Both the position numbers and the translations under genes were made by a program. A stretch of 64,000 bases of DNA. Origin: an uncultured Spirochaetota bacterium (GTDB lineage: Bacteria; Spirochaetota; Spirochaetia; SZUA-6; Fen-1364). Of this stretch, positions 10,592 to 20,344 are shown piece by piece (position 1 is the stretch's first letter; the number at the start of each line of letters is the position of its first letter). Below the pieces are notes generated by a model that saw only the letters and a program-made list of their open reading frames with translations, ran no database searches and had not been told where the DNA came from. The stretch lies in NCBI GenBank assembly GCA_963845535.1, contig CAWJSK010000012.1, positions 64,001 through 128,000 of the forward strand, in the 5' to 3' direction.

Positions 10592-12094
10592 CTAGCGAAC
10601 CCGCATTGAGGTGGCCACGATCGTGTCCTCGTTGATGTCCGCCCCCTCGAGGGTCGACACCACCTGCCCCTCGTACATGATGAGGAGCCGGTCACAGTGC
10701 TGGATCAGCTCCTCGTTGTCGCTGGCGTACAGGATCACGCCCATCCGCCGCTGCCTGGCCTGTTCCGCGATGTACGCATACAGATCCCTCTTCGCTCCCA
10801 CGTCGACGCCCTTGGCGGGATCCGCCAGCAGCAGGACGTTCGTTTCGAAAGACAGCCATTTCCCCACCACGACCTTCTGCTGATTGCCGCCGGACAGGGT
10901 GCGCACGGGCATGTCCAGCCCCGCGGTCTTGATGGAGAGGGTTTCGACAACGCGTTTGCATTCCGCCTCGTATTTCCTGCGGGGGGTGAAGAAGGGATGC
11001 TGTCTCAGCCCGAGCCGGGGAAAGACGAGGTTCGTGAACACCGAATGCCCGCTGAAAAGCCCTTCCTGCTCCCTGTCCCCGGGGACGAGAAAGATCGCGT
11101 TTCGGATGGCGTTCACCGGCCGGGTGAGCTTCACGCGTCTGCCGTTGACCTCCGCGCTGCACGACGCGCCGGGATACTTGCCCGCCAGGGCGAGCATCAG
11201 CTCACGCTGACCCTGGCCGGCAAGTCCCCCGATTCCCAGGATCTCGCCCCGGCGCAGGTCGAAGGATATGTTCTGGAGGAACTTGCCGTAGGTGAGATTG
11301 CGGATCCGAAAGACCGTCTCATCGCAAGGATCTCCGCAGCTCTTCTTGACTGCGTCCTTCTGCGGCTCCCCGGTGATGTAACCGATGATCTTCTGAGGAT
11401 CACGCCCGTCTATGGCAAAGTCGATGGTACCGACGTTCGCGCCGTTTCTGAAAATCGTGATGTCGTCGCAGATCTCCATCACCTCCCAGAGCCGATGCGA
11501 GGTGAAGTTCAGCGCTGTCCCTTTCTCTGCCAGCCTCCGCATGCACTGGAAAAGGCTTTTGACCTCGTTCTTCTCCAGCGCCGAGGTGGGCTCGTCCAGG
11601 ATCAGGAGCCGGGGCCGCGCCGTGACGGCCTTCGCTATCTCGACAATCTGCATCTCACCGGGGCTCAGTTCATAAGCCATCTTCCTGACGTCCAGGCCGG
11701 GGAGAAGCTGATTCACGACCTCCCGCGCAACCTCCCGGGCAATCCTGTCATTCAGGAAAGGACCGCGATTTTCTTCGTTGCCCAGGACGATATTCTGCCA
11801 GACGGTGAGGTCCGCTACGAGGCTCAGATTCTGGTAGACCATTGCAATTCCGGCGTGCCTGGCTTCGTTGGGATTGCGATAGCGAACGGCTTTCCCGTTG
11901 TACCGTATCTCCCCCGCGTCGGAGCTGTAGACACCGGCAATGATCTTTGAGATGGTGCTCTTCCCCGAGCCGTTGGCCCCCAGGAGGCCGGTGATCCGAC
12001 CCTCCCGGCAGACCAGGTTCCCGTTCGAGAGAGCCACCACGCCTCCAAAGCGCTTTTTGATTCCTGCCGCTTCCAGGACCGCCACCAAGCTCAC
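10592..12094 (-). CDS. sugar ABC ATP-binding protein with tandem NBDs (RbsA-like)
   Basis: GANGSGKS, LDEPT, LSGGNQQK. Confidence 0.92.
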   Translation of the reverse strand: MSLVAVLEAAGIKKRFGGVVALSNGNLVCREGRITGLLGANGSGKSTISKIIAGVYSSDAGEIRYNGKAVRYRNPNEARHAGIAMVYQNLSLVADLTVWQNIVLGNEENRGPFLNDRIAREVAREVVNQLLPGLDVRKMAYELSPGEMQIVEIAKAVTARPRLLILDEPTSALEKNEVKSLFQCMRRLAEKGTALNFTSHRLWEVMEICDDITIFRNGANVGTIDFAIDGRDPQKIIGYITGEPQKDAVKKSCGDPCDETVFRIRNLTYGKFLQNISFDLRRGEILGIGGLAGQGQRELMLALAGKYPGASCSAEVNGRRVKLTRPVNAIRNAIFLVPGDREQEGLFSGHSVFTNLVFPRLGLRQHPFFTPRRKYEAECKRVVETLSIKTAGLDMPVRTLSGGNQQKVVVGKWLSFETNVLLLADPAKGVDVGAKRDLYAYIAEQARQRRMGVILYASDNEELIQHCDRLLIMYEGQVVSTLEGADINEDTIVATSMRVR

Positions 12095-12115
12095 CGCTCC
12101 TGTCGGGGAGGGTCC

Positions 12116-12140
12116 GGGAGGCAGGCGAGACCTGCCTCCC
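12116..12140 (-). other. 10-bp hairpin after the binding-protein gene
   Basis: GGGAGGCAGG-CGAGA-CCTGCCTCCC. Confidence 0.6.
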
Positions 12141-12182
12141 GTGACCCTGTTGAGAATAGCACACTGATCACGCGCAGAAGAT

Positions 12183-13232
12183 CTACTTGAACAGCGCGTT
12201 TACCTTGTCTTGCGGCATGATCTCGCTCAGCAGATAGTCATCCGGCTTGTCCTTGAGAAGCTGCCAGCCTTCGTCGAAGTTCTTGTCCGTGATGAGCATC
12301 CCGACCTTGTAGAAGTACGTGTTGTTTTTCAGAATGCCGGGCTTGAACTGCTTGCCGTTGTAAAGCTGGACCGCCATGCGGAACGCCGTGCCCCCGATTC
12401 CGGGGGGGTTGGGCTGGGCGACTGCCTTGAAGTCGGCTCCCCTGTCGCGAAGCTTCTTCCATTCCTTGAAGAAGGCCGTGCCGGGGTCGCCAAACATGAC
12501 CTTGGGCAGCTTGTTGGCATCCTCGAATGCCGACAGGACGCCGTACGCCTCGCCATCCTGCGTGATCACCGCATCGATTCTCTGACCCGAGCCGATGATC
12601 TGCGTTGCCACTTCCTTGGCCTTCGTCTGGTCCCAGTACCCCGTGGTGTTGGCTATGAGCTTGATGTTGGGGTATTTCTTCAGCACGTCCGCGGTGGCGC
12701 GGATCCGCTCATTGTTCGCGGGATGGCCGTCCAGGCCGTAGATCTGGATCGCGTTTCCGCTCTTGAGCGTGGAGCAGATGAACTCGACGTTCTTCAAGTT
12801 CCACGCGTAGTGGTCCAGGGTCACATTGACCACGTTCGGAGCGGTCACCGTTGCGTCGAACGCCATGACCAGGATGCCGGCGTCCTGCGCTTCCTTGATG
12901 ACGCCGTTCAGCGCATCAGGGGAGTTGGGATTCAGCAGGATGATGTCCACGCCTTGCGCGGTGAAGTCACGGATGATGTTCGCCTGCTCGGTGGCGTCCC
13001 CGTTGGTGACGTTGTTCACGAGCTTGTAGTCCGCGATCGTGCCGTCCGCCTTGTACTCGGTGCCGACCGTGTTGAGGGCGTCGATCATGATGTTTCGCCA
13101 GGAAGTCCCCGAGGAACCGGTGCTGATGCCGACCACGGGCGCCTTCTTCGCCTGGGCGCCGACAGCGAGCGCGCTGAAGGCGAACACCATGGCGAAGACG
13201 ATGAGAATGGTCCGAAATGCCTTGCTTTTCAT
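12183..13232 (-). CDS. sugar ABC substrate-binding protein (RbsB-like)
   Basis: Signal peptide MKSKAFRT...; GVDIILLNPNSPDAL; operon context. Confidence 0.88.
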   Translation of the reverse strand: MKSKAFRTILIVFAMVFAFSALAVGAQAKKAPVVGISTGSSGTSWRNIMIDALNTVGTEYKADGTIADYKLVNNVTNGDATEQANIIRDFTAQGVDIILLNPNSPDALNGVIKEAQDAGILVMAFDATVTAPNVVNVTLDHYAWNLKNVEFICSTLKSGNAIQIYGLDGHPANNERIRATADVLKKYPNIKLIANTTGYWDQTKAKEVATQIIGSGQRIDAVITQDGEAYGVLSAFEDANKLPKVMFGDPGTAFFKEWKKLRDRGADFKAVAQPNPPGIGGTAFRMAVQLYNGKQFKPGILKNNTYFYKVGMLITDKNFDEGWQLLKDKPDDYLLSEIMPQDKVNALFK

Positions 13233-13339
13233 GCGATTCTCTTCCTCCTTCGGATTTCGATTTTCAGGAAAACCAGAGTGCTTGAAACGAAGCTCATCAG
13301 TTTGCCGCACCTCCTTTCCCGGTTCTCTCCCTCATCCGA

Positions 13340-15456
13340 TCAGAGCCGGACTTCCGTTGGCAAGTCTGTGACAACCGCGTTGTTGGCGTTGAGCCGCAGA
13401 TCCCTGTCCAGGGTCAGGCCGAGGTTCGCGCCATCCGTCACCGCGCCCCGCAGGTTGCGGACCTTCTTCGCATCACCGATCCTGGCCACCACGAGACCCG
13501 CGGCGGCATAGCTCTTGTACAGGCAATCATCTGACCGCATGCCGGCCAGGACGATGTTGTCCACCGTGAGAATGGATTTCTCGAACTTGCTGTTGACCAC
13601 CACCACTTCCCCGTTCTCCCGGATCTCCAGGACCGAGGAGCTGGGAATGATGGTGACCGGGTGCTCGAAGGTCTTCATCGTGAGGCCTTCCCCGTTGCCG
13701 CCCTTGAAGCGCTTGTCCATGACGTCCTTGTTGCAAGGCTCCAGCCAGGAGGCGAACTCCCGGTTCTCCGTGACGATGGTCACCTTCTTGCCCTCGTAGG
13801 CCAGCTTCTCCGCGGCATCCGCCGCTCCGAAGTGATCCCCCCAGATGAGGACGGTCTGGCCGATCTCCGCGGGAGGCAGCTTGCCTCCCTTGGGCCAGTA
13901 TTCGCAGCTCTTCGTCTTGCAGCGCAGCACGTCCTCGAAGGTGCACACGCGCTTGGAGTCGATGCCCTTGATGTCGGGCCTGTCCACGGCGCCCCCCGTT
14001 GCCACCAGCACTGCGTCGAACTTCGCAAGCTCCTGTGCCGTCGGCGTGCTCTTGTACTTGATCTCGACGCCCATCTTCGCGATCTGCGCGCGGATCCAGT
14101 CCGCATACCAGCGCATCTTGTTCTTTCCGTGCACCGTACAGCAGAACAGGATGGCGCCCCCTAGCTCCTCGGATTTCTCGAAGATTGTCGCCGTGTGGCC
14201 GCGCAGCGTGGCGATGCGCGCGGCTTCCAGGCCGGCCCGCCGCCGACGATTGCCACTTTGAGCTTCTGGGACGCCGGCTGGATGTGGATGAACCGCTCGT
14301 CCCCGATTGCGGGGTTGATGGCGCAGCGCATGTGCCGCTTGACCATGAGGGATTCCTGCCAGCAGCCCACGAGGCAGGAGATGCATTTGCGGATCTCGTC
14401 CTTCTTCCCGTCCCGGGCCTTGTTGGCCCATTGGGGGTCAGCGATCATCTGGCGGGAAAGGCCGACCATGTCCGTCTTCCCTTCCGCGAGGATCTTCTCG
14501 CAGTAGTCGGGATCACGCAGGGTATGGCTGGTGATGACGGGCACCTTCACGTGCTTCTTGATCTCTTCCGCGGTGTAGGTGTTCCAGCCCTGCGGATAGT
14601 ACATCGGGTCCATCGTCGGGCCGGGCAGCTCGAAGATGCCGGCGCTGATGTCCAGGTAGGAGACACCGTGCTCCTCGAGGAGCATTGCCGCCTTGACGCT
14701 TTCCTCAAGGTTGCGGCCGCCCTCGATCCACTCTTCACCCGAATAGCGGATGCCAACAGGGAAGTCCGGGCCGCACTTGTACTGGATGGCATGGATGATC
14801 TCCAGGGGAAACCGCATGCGCCCGGAGAAGCTGCCGCCGAAACGGTCGTTTCTCTTGTTCACATACGGGCTCATGAACTGGGCAATCAGGTATCCATGGG
14901 CGCCGTGCAACTCCACGCCATCGAAGCCCGCCTGCTGCACCCGCCACGCCCCTTCGGCGAACTTCTCGATGAGCTCGTAGATCTCCTCCACCGTCATTGC
15001 CCTGATGGACTTGCCATGCGCGTCGGCCGCCGCGTAGACGACCTCATGGCCGGCAGAGGCGGGGATGTTGGCCACCATGTCCGTGGCTGACATGAGATCT
15101 TTCCGCGGCCAGGCGGACTGACGGCCGGGATGCTGAATCTGAACGATCGTCTTCGCTCCGTGGCGGTGCATGGCCTCGGCAAGCTCGGCGAGCCCTGGGA
15201 TCAGGGGATCCTCGTCCACCGTAAGGCAGGTAACCGTGGGCCGGCCGGTGTTCCTGTCCGGGCTGGCAGCTCCGACGATGATGAGGCCGCAGCCTCCCTT
15301 GGCGATCTCCTCATGGTACGTAATGACCCGCTGGTTCACCGAGCCATCGGCGTTGGCCGAGGAAATGTCGGTGGGGACGTGGCAGATGCGGTTGGCCACT
15401 TCGAAGTTCCCGATGCGAATGGGGGTGAACAGATGAGGATACGTGGGCTCTGTCAT
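13340..15456 (-). pseudogene. Old-yellow-enzyme/2,4-dienoyl-CoA reductase-type NADH:flavin oxidoreductase (FMN, 4Fe-4S, FAD), frameshifted near 14235
   Basis: ELHGAHGYL, NKRNDRFGGS, CISCLVGC...C; frame switches inside GGGPA/GLEAA. Confidence 0.85.
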
Positions 15457-15490
15457 AGGTCGCTCCCTCTCCTTTGCTTGCGTTCTGTAT

Positions 15491-16216
15491 TTACAACGAC
15501 GCCGGGCCGGCGCCGATTCCGGGAACATCCGGGCGGGCACCCGAGGAAGCGGCATTCGCCGCCATCTGCTGCTCCAGGTGCTCCACGAGCCGGTTGGCAT
15601 GCTCGCCCAGGTTGGCGGCAAGCTGTTCGACATCGCCCGCTTCGGCTGCGTGGAGAATGCTCTCATGCTCCCGTGCCAGTTCCTCCGGGTCCACGATGTG
15701 CAGGTAGTCCATGATGAACTTCGTGCGGACTTCGAAAGCCAGGGAATCCCAGACGCTGAGGAGTATCTGGTTTCCCGATGCCGCCACCACGGCGCGGTGG
15801 AAGTGCTGGTTCTGGTTCTGGTACTCGACGAAGTCCCGGCGCAACGCCGCTTCCTCCATGGGAGGTACGTACCTGCTGAGCTCCGGCACAAGCGCCTTGA
15901 TCCGCGCGCCAACCGACCTTGCGGCAAGCGCCTCCAGGACAGCCTTGACCTTGAGGGCGTCCACGGTTTCCAGGATGCTGACTTCCCGAACTCGTGCTCC
16001 CTTGTGCACGAGATACTCGAGCACTCTCTTTGCCACCAGCTCCCGAATGGCTTCCCGAACAGGGATTGTGCTTACGCGGAGGTCTTCAGCGATGCGCGCC
16101 TCGATGATGCGGGTGCCAGGAGGAAAAGCGCCCGTTGCAATCCTTTCAAGGATGTAATTCCGAACCTGTTCGCAGAGAGAGTAGCGACTTGCAATAGTGG
16201 CAGAAATATGATTCAT
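15491..16216 (-). CDS. GntR/FCD transcriptional regulator
   Basis: PGTRIIEARIAEDLRVSTIPVREA, FHRAVVAASGN; start 16216 or 16231. Confidence 0.88.
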   Translation of the reverse strand: MNHISATIASRYSLCEQVRNYILERIATGAFPPGTRIIEARIAEDLRVSTIPVREAIRELVAKRVLEYLVHKGARVREVSILETVDALKVKAVLEALAARSVGARIKALVPELSRYVPPMEEAALRRDFVEYQNQNQHFHRAVVAASGNQILLSVWDSLAFEVRTKFIMDYLHIVDPEELAREHESILHAAEAGDVEQLAANLGEHANRLVEHLEQQMAANAASSGARPDVPGIGAGPASL

Positions 16217-16226
16217 GTGTTCTTGG

Positions 16227-16254
16227 ATCATATATCATATATTATATTTGTCAA
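16227..16254 (-). promoter_or_regulatory. sigma70 promoter of gntR-OYE operon
   Basis: TTGACA (16254-16249)-N16-TATGAT (16232-16227) within AT-rich ATCATAT repeats. Confidence 0.55.
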
Positions 16255-16273
16255 CCTTTTTTGAGGGGACTTA

Positions 16274-17362
16274 ATGAGCGAAAAAGACATGGAAACCATT
16301 CTCCACCAGATGACTCGCGCAACGCCAACGGCCCTCTGGAACGATTCGTGCTCCATCCGCGAGCTTTCCGAATCCATTGAGAAGAACGGGGCCGTCGGGG
16401 CAACGTGTAACCCCGTCATCGTGCTCGGAGTACTGAAGAAGGAATGGAGCGCGTGGAAAGACAGGATCCCCCAGATCGTCCAGGAAATGCCGGAGGCATC
16501 GGAGGAAGAGGTGGCCTGGAAGGTGACGGAGGAAATGTCAATCAAGGCAGCGGCGCTTTTGCGGCCGGTCTTCGATGAGGAGAAGGGCAGAAACGGGCGA
16601 CTGTCCATCCAGACGAACCCGAAGCTGTTCAGGAACGCGCGGGCCATTGTCGAGCAGGCGGAGAGATTTTCCGGGCTTGCTCCCAACATGATCGTCAAGA
16701 TTCCCGTTACCCGGGCAGGGGTGGAAGCCATCGAGGAGGCGACCTACCGGGGAATCAGCATCAACGCGACGGTGAGCTTCACGCTTCCCCAGGCAATCGC
16801 GGTTGCCGAGGCCGTGGAAAGGGGTCTTACGCGCCGGGAAAAGGAAAAGAAAGACATCTCGCGCATGGGGCCGGTTTGCACGCTCATGGTGGGACGGCTG
16901 GATGACTGGCTGAAGGTGGCGGCGGAAAAACAGAGCATCATCGTGAATCCGTGGATCCTGGACTGGGCCGGTGTTGCCGTGATGAAAAAGGCCTACACGA
17001 TCTACCGAGAAAGGGGTTACCGGCTGCGCCTTCTCTCAGCGGCCTTCCGCAATCACCTGCACTGGAGCCAGTTCATCGGGGGCGATGTGGTCATATCTCC
17101 CCCCTTCGAGTGGCAGACACGGTTCAACTCCTCCGACGTCCCTCCGAGCAGTCGAATGGAAACCCCTGTGGACCCGGGGATCGTGGATGAGTTGCAGCGG
17201 AAGTTCCTTGATTTCCGGCGCGCCTACGACGAGCGGGGGATGATGGTCCCGGAGTTCGACGAGTTTGGCGCCACGCGCCGCACCCTCAGGCAGTTCTGCA
17301 AGGCCACGGATGATCTGGCGGCCCAGATCAGGGACGTGATGATTTCCAACCCTGATGCCTGA
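16274..17362 (+). CDS. transaldolase-family protein
   Basis: WND, TCNP, Schiff-base VKIP, INATVSF, GRLDD. Confidence 0.85.
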   Translation: MSEKDMETILHQMTRATPTALWNDSCSIRELSESIEKNGAVGATCNPVIVLGVLKKEWSAWKDRIPQIVQEMPEASEEEVAWKVTEEMSIKAAALLRPVFDEEKGRNGRLSIQTNPKLFRNARAIVEQAERFSGLAPNMIVKIPVTRAGVEAIEEATYRGISINATVSFTLPQAIAVAEAVERGLTRREKEKKDISRMGPVCTLMVGRLDDWLKVAAEKQSIIVNPWILDWAGVAVMKKAYTIYRERGYRLRLLSAAFRNHLHWSQFIGGDVVISPPFEWQTRFNSSDVPPSSRMETPVDPGIVDELQRKFLDFRRAYDERGMMVPEFDEFGATRRTLRQFCKATDDLAAQIRDVMISNPDA

Positions 17363-17386
17363 GCGGCCCGTGGTGACCTGCGCTGG

Positions 17387-18601
17387 TCAGGAGAGATCCG
17401 TGGAAAATGCTCCGAGGACTTCCCCTCCCTTGTCCGTGACCAGTATGTCGTCTTCGATCCGAATGCCCCCGAAATCCTCGAGATAGACGCCTGGCTCCAC
17501 GCTGTGGACCATTCCGGCCGCAAGAGAGTCCCGGCTCCAGGGAGCAAGGAGCGGCAGGGATTCGTGGTAGCGGTAGCCAAGGCCATGGCCCGTTATGTGG
17601 ACAAAAGCGCTGTCCAGGCCTGCTTTCCTGACCACCACGCGCGCCACCTCATCCACGCCGGCGCCCGTGACGCTGGACTGGGCTGCGGCAATGGCCGCCT
17701 CCTGTGCCCTCAGAACCACCTCGTGGACATCGAGCTGCCGCTCCGTTGCCCTGCCTGCAACTCTCGCGCGCGTCCTGTCGCACCAGAAGCCGTCCGCCAC
17801 CACGGCCAGCTCCAGCAGCGCGATCTCCCCGTTCGCCAGCCTGCGGTTGGTGGTCACCTCGGCCGGGCGCCAGCCGCGGAACGTTTCCTCAGGACCCGTC
17901 GCAACCTGCGCAAAGGCGCGCACGCGACGAGCGCCTTCGAACCCCGTGCCCTTCACCAGGATGGCGGACTCCACCGCCGCCACAAGCTCCACGCCTCTTG
18001 CCCCGGGCGCCACCCCGCGGCTGAACTCCTGCAATCCGAAGCATGCGATGCGTGAGGCTCTCCTGACCTTGGCCACCTCGTACGGGGTCTTCACTGACCG
18101 CCCGGACTCCAGCGCTCCGGTGACGTCCACCAGGGACGGCGCGCCGAAAGCTTCCTCCAGAAGCCGCCTGCTCGGGGCCGCCGGCAGACATGACTCCGCG
18201 GCGCTCCACGCAGGCGCCGCGGCCTCGAAGCTTCCCTCGAATCCAACCCTGCGCCAGGCACCTCCGCCCCGCGCGCTTTCCAGGCAGCGCCGTATTTCCC
18301 TTCCCTGATCCACGAGCTCCTTCGTGCCGAAGGTATACGTTGCCAGCGTCGTCTCCTGGAGCTCCGCGCGCGCCTCCTGCTCCTCGGTATCCGGGGCAAT
18401 GCAGACGGCCTGGCCCTCGAAGGGAAGGACCGCGTACACCCACCCGCAGATAGGCCAGTAGCCGGTCAGGAGAAGGACGTTCTCGGGCAGCCGGCACACA
18501 AGGGCGTCAAGCCGCTCCCGGGCCATCATCTCCCGCAAGCGCTCCCGCCGCAGCGAGTTGCCGGCCGGGGCGCTGTCCCCTGCAACCCGCTCATCCGCCA
18601 C
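17387..18601 (-). CDS. M24 Xaa-Pro peptidase/creatinase-family amidohydrolase
   Basis: CDRTR, GHGLG..HE, EPGVY, GIRIEDDILVT. Confidence 0.85.
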   Translation of the reverse strand: MADERVAGDSAPAGNSLRRERLREMMARERLDALVCRLPENVLLLTGYWPICGWVYAVLPFEGQAVCIAPDTEEQEARAELQETTLATYTFGTKELVDQGREIRRCLESARGGGAWRRVGFEGSFEAAAPAWSAAESCLPAAPSRRLLEEAFGAPSLVDVTGALESGRSVKTPYEVAKVRRASRIACFGLQEFSRGVAPGARGVELVAAVESAILVKGTGFEGARRVRAFAQVATGPEETFRGWRPAEVTTNRRLANGEIALLELAVVADGFWCDRTRARVAGRATERQLDVHEVVLRAQEAAIAAAQSSVTGAGVDEVARVVVRKAGLDSAFVHITGHGLGYRYHESLPLLAPWSRDSLAAGMVHSVEPGVYLEDFGGIRIEDDILVTDKGGEVLGAFSTDLS

Positions 18602-19448
18602 GGGCGAACTCCGGGTACAGGGTCATGCCGCCGTCCAGGTAGATCGTGGCTCCGTGCACATAGTCCGAGTCGTCGGATGCCAGCCACACGGCTGCCCTGC
18701 CGCAGTCCTCGGGCTCCCCGATCCGCTTGTACGGGATGAACGTGAGAAGCTGCCGTTCGAACTCCTCCGGGCTCGTGAGCTTTTCCACGTTCATGGGGGT
18801 GCGGATGGCTCCGGGGGAAAGGCTGTTGATCCTTATGCGCAGGGGCGCAAGCTCCTGCGCCATGCTCTTCATCAGCAGCATCACGCCGCCCTTGGCAGTG
18901 GCGTAGTTCACGTGACCCGCCCACGGAATAATGTCGTGCACGGAGCTGATGCAGAGGATCTTTCCCAGGGCGCACGAGATCTTGCCGTCGAGCCCCTGGC
19001 GCTTGAAACATCGCACCGCTTCGCGGGCGCAGAGGAACTGGCCCGTCAGGTTCGTGCCGATCACCGTCTGCCAGTCGTCCACGCTCATCTGGTCGAACGG
19101 CGCATTGCGCTGCAGCCCTGCGTTATTGATCAGGATGTCGATGCGGCCGAGCTGCTCCGTCATGTGCCGGAACATGGCGATGACCTGCTGCTCGTTTCCC
19201 ACGTCTGCCGGGAAGATGACAGCCTTCCTCCCCGCCGCCCGGACTTGCGCCGCCACTCTCTCAGCGCCCGCCCGGTCCCCATGGTAGTTCACGAGAACGT
19301 CGGCGCCCGCCTGGGCCAGGGCAATTGCAATCCCCTCTCCCACTCCTTTGCTCGCCCCGGTCACCAGGGCCTTCTGCCCTTCCAGCACCCGGGCGATGGG
19401 CCGTTTCGGCGCCTCGTTCGGCGGTGCGTAGCCTTTCTGCGCGCTCAT
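18591..19448 (-). CDS. SDR, glucose 1-dehydrogenase-like
   Basis: TGASKGVG, NNAG, SSVH, YATAKGG. Confidence 0.88.
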   Translation of the reverse strand: MSAQKGYAPPNEAPKRPIARVLEGQKALVTGASKGVGEGIAIALAQAGADVLVNYHGDRAGAERVAAQVRAAGRKAVIFPADVGNEQQVIAMFRHMTEQLGRIDILINNAGLQRNAPFDQMSVDDWQTVIGTNLTGQFLCAREAVRCFKRQGLDGKISCALGKILCISSVHDIIPWAGHVNYATAKGGVMLLMKSMAQELAPLRIRINSLSPGAIRTPMNVEKLTSPEEFERQLLTFIPYKRIGEPEDCGRAAVWLASDDSDYVHGATIYLDGGMTLYPEFARGG

Positions 19449-19492
19449 GCATCCTCCTCAAGCGCGGTCCCGCGCTGGTGCGCGGTCATGCG

Positions 19493-20341
19493 CTAAATCG
19501 TGTACGATGAGTAGCCCCCGTCGATGGGGACTACGTCTCCGGTAACAAAACGTGAGGCGTCCGACAGGAGCCACACTGTTGCCCCGATCAGCTCCTCAGG
19601 CTCCCCGTACCTGCCCATGGGCGTGTGGGCGACGGTTTTCTGCGCCCGCGGCGTGTACTGTCCCGTCTTCTGATCGATGTGCAGGAAACGAAGCTGCTCG
19701 GTCATGAAGAAGCCAGGCGCCAGGGCATTGACGCGAACACCGGTGTGGGAAAAATGCACCGCGAGCCATCGGGTGAAGTTGGCCACCGCGGCTTTCGCCG
19801 CGGAGTACGCCACGACCTTGGTGAGCGGGACGACACCTGCCATGGAGGCGATGTTGACAATGGAGCCCTGGCCGCGACGGACCATGGCCCGCGCAAAGAC
19901 GCGGGTCGGCAGGAGCGTTCCGACGAAGTTCAACCCGAACGCCGCCTGGAAATCCTCCAGTCTCATGTCGAAAAATCCAAGCCCCTCATCCCGGTCGATG
20001 TCAGAGCGCTCCAGGAACTCCTGGGTCGTGCTGGCCTTCGGGCTGTTGCCCCCGGCGCCGTTGATCAGGTAGTCCGGCGCGCCCCACAGGTCCTCGATCT
20101 TCGCCCGCGCCTCCTCGAGTTCCCCCTGGTCCAGGACGCTGCAGGTGAACGCGCGGGCCTCTCCACCGCCGGCGCAGATCGACTGCGCCCGCTTCTCGGC
20201 GTTTTCGCGATTGAGATCCAGCAGGGCCACCCGCACCCCCAACTGGGAGAGCGCGTCGGCCAGGGTCCCCGGGAGCGCTCCGCCTCCGCCCGTTATGACG
20301 GCGGTCTTCCCCCGTACGTCGAACAGCTTCTCCAGGGTCAT
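19493..20341 (-). CDS. SDR, D-mannonate oxidoreductase-like
   Basis: TGGGG, INGAGGN, PLTKVVAYSAAKAA. Confidence 0.85.
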   Translation of the reverse strand: MTLEKLFDVRGKTAVITGGGGALPGTLADALSQLGVRVALLDLNRENAEKRAQSICAGGGEARAFTCSVLDQGELEEARAKIEDLWGAPDYLINGAGGNSPKASTTQEFLERSDIDRDEGLGFFDMRLEDFQAAFGLNFVGTLLPTRVFARAMVRRGQGSIVNIASMAGVVPLTKVVAYSAAKAAVANFTRWLAVHFSHTGVRVNALAPGFFMTEQLRFLHIDQKTGQYTPRAQKTVAHTPMGRYGEPEELIGATVWLLSDASRFVTGDVVPIDGGYSSYTI

Positions 20342-20344
20342 GCG

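Noticed and set aside
13340..14431. Separate 363-aa gene
   Set aside because: It is the C-terminal half of the frameshifted reductase; its N-terminus is out-of-frame sequence.
13340..15456. Specific call as bilirubin reductase, BaiCD or FadH
   Set aside because: The active site is the generic HGAHGY, not HGDR, and the context is sugar uptake; no specific symbol is supportable.
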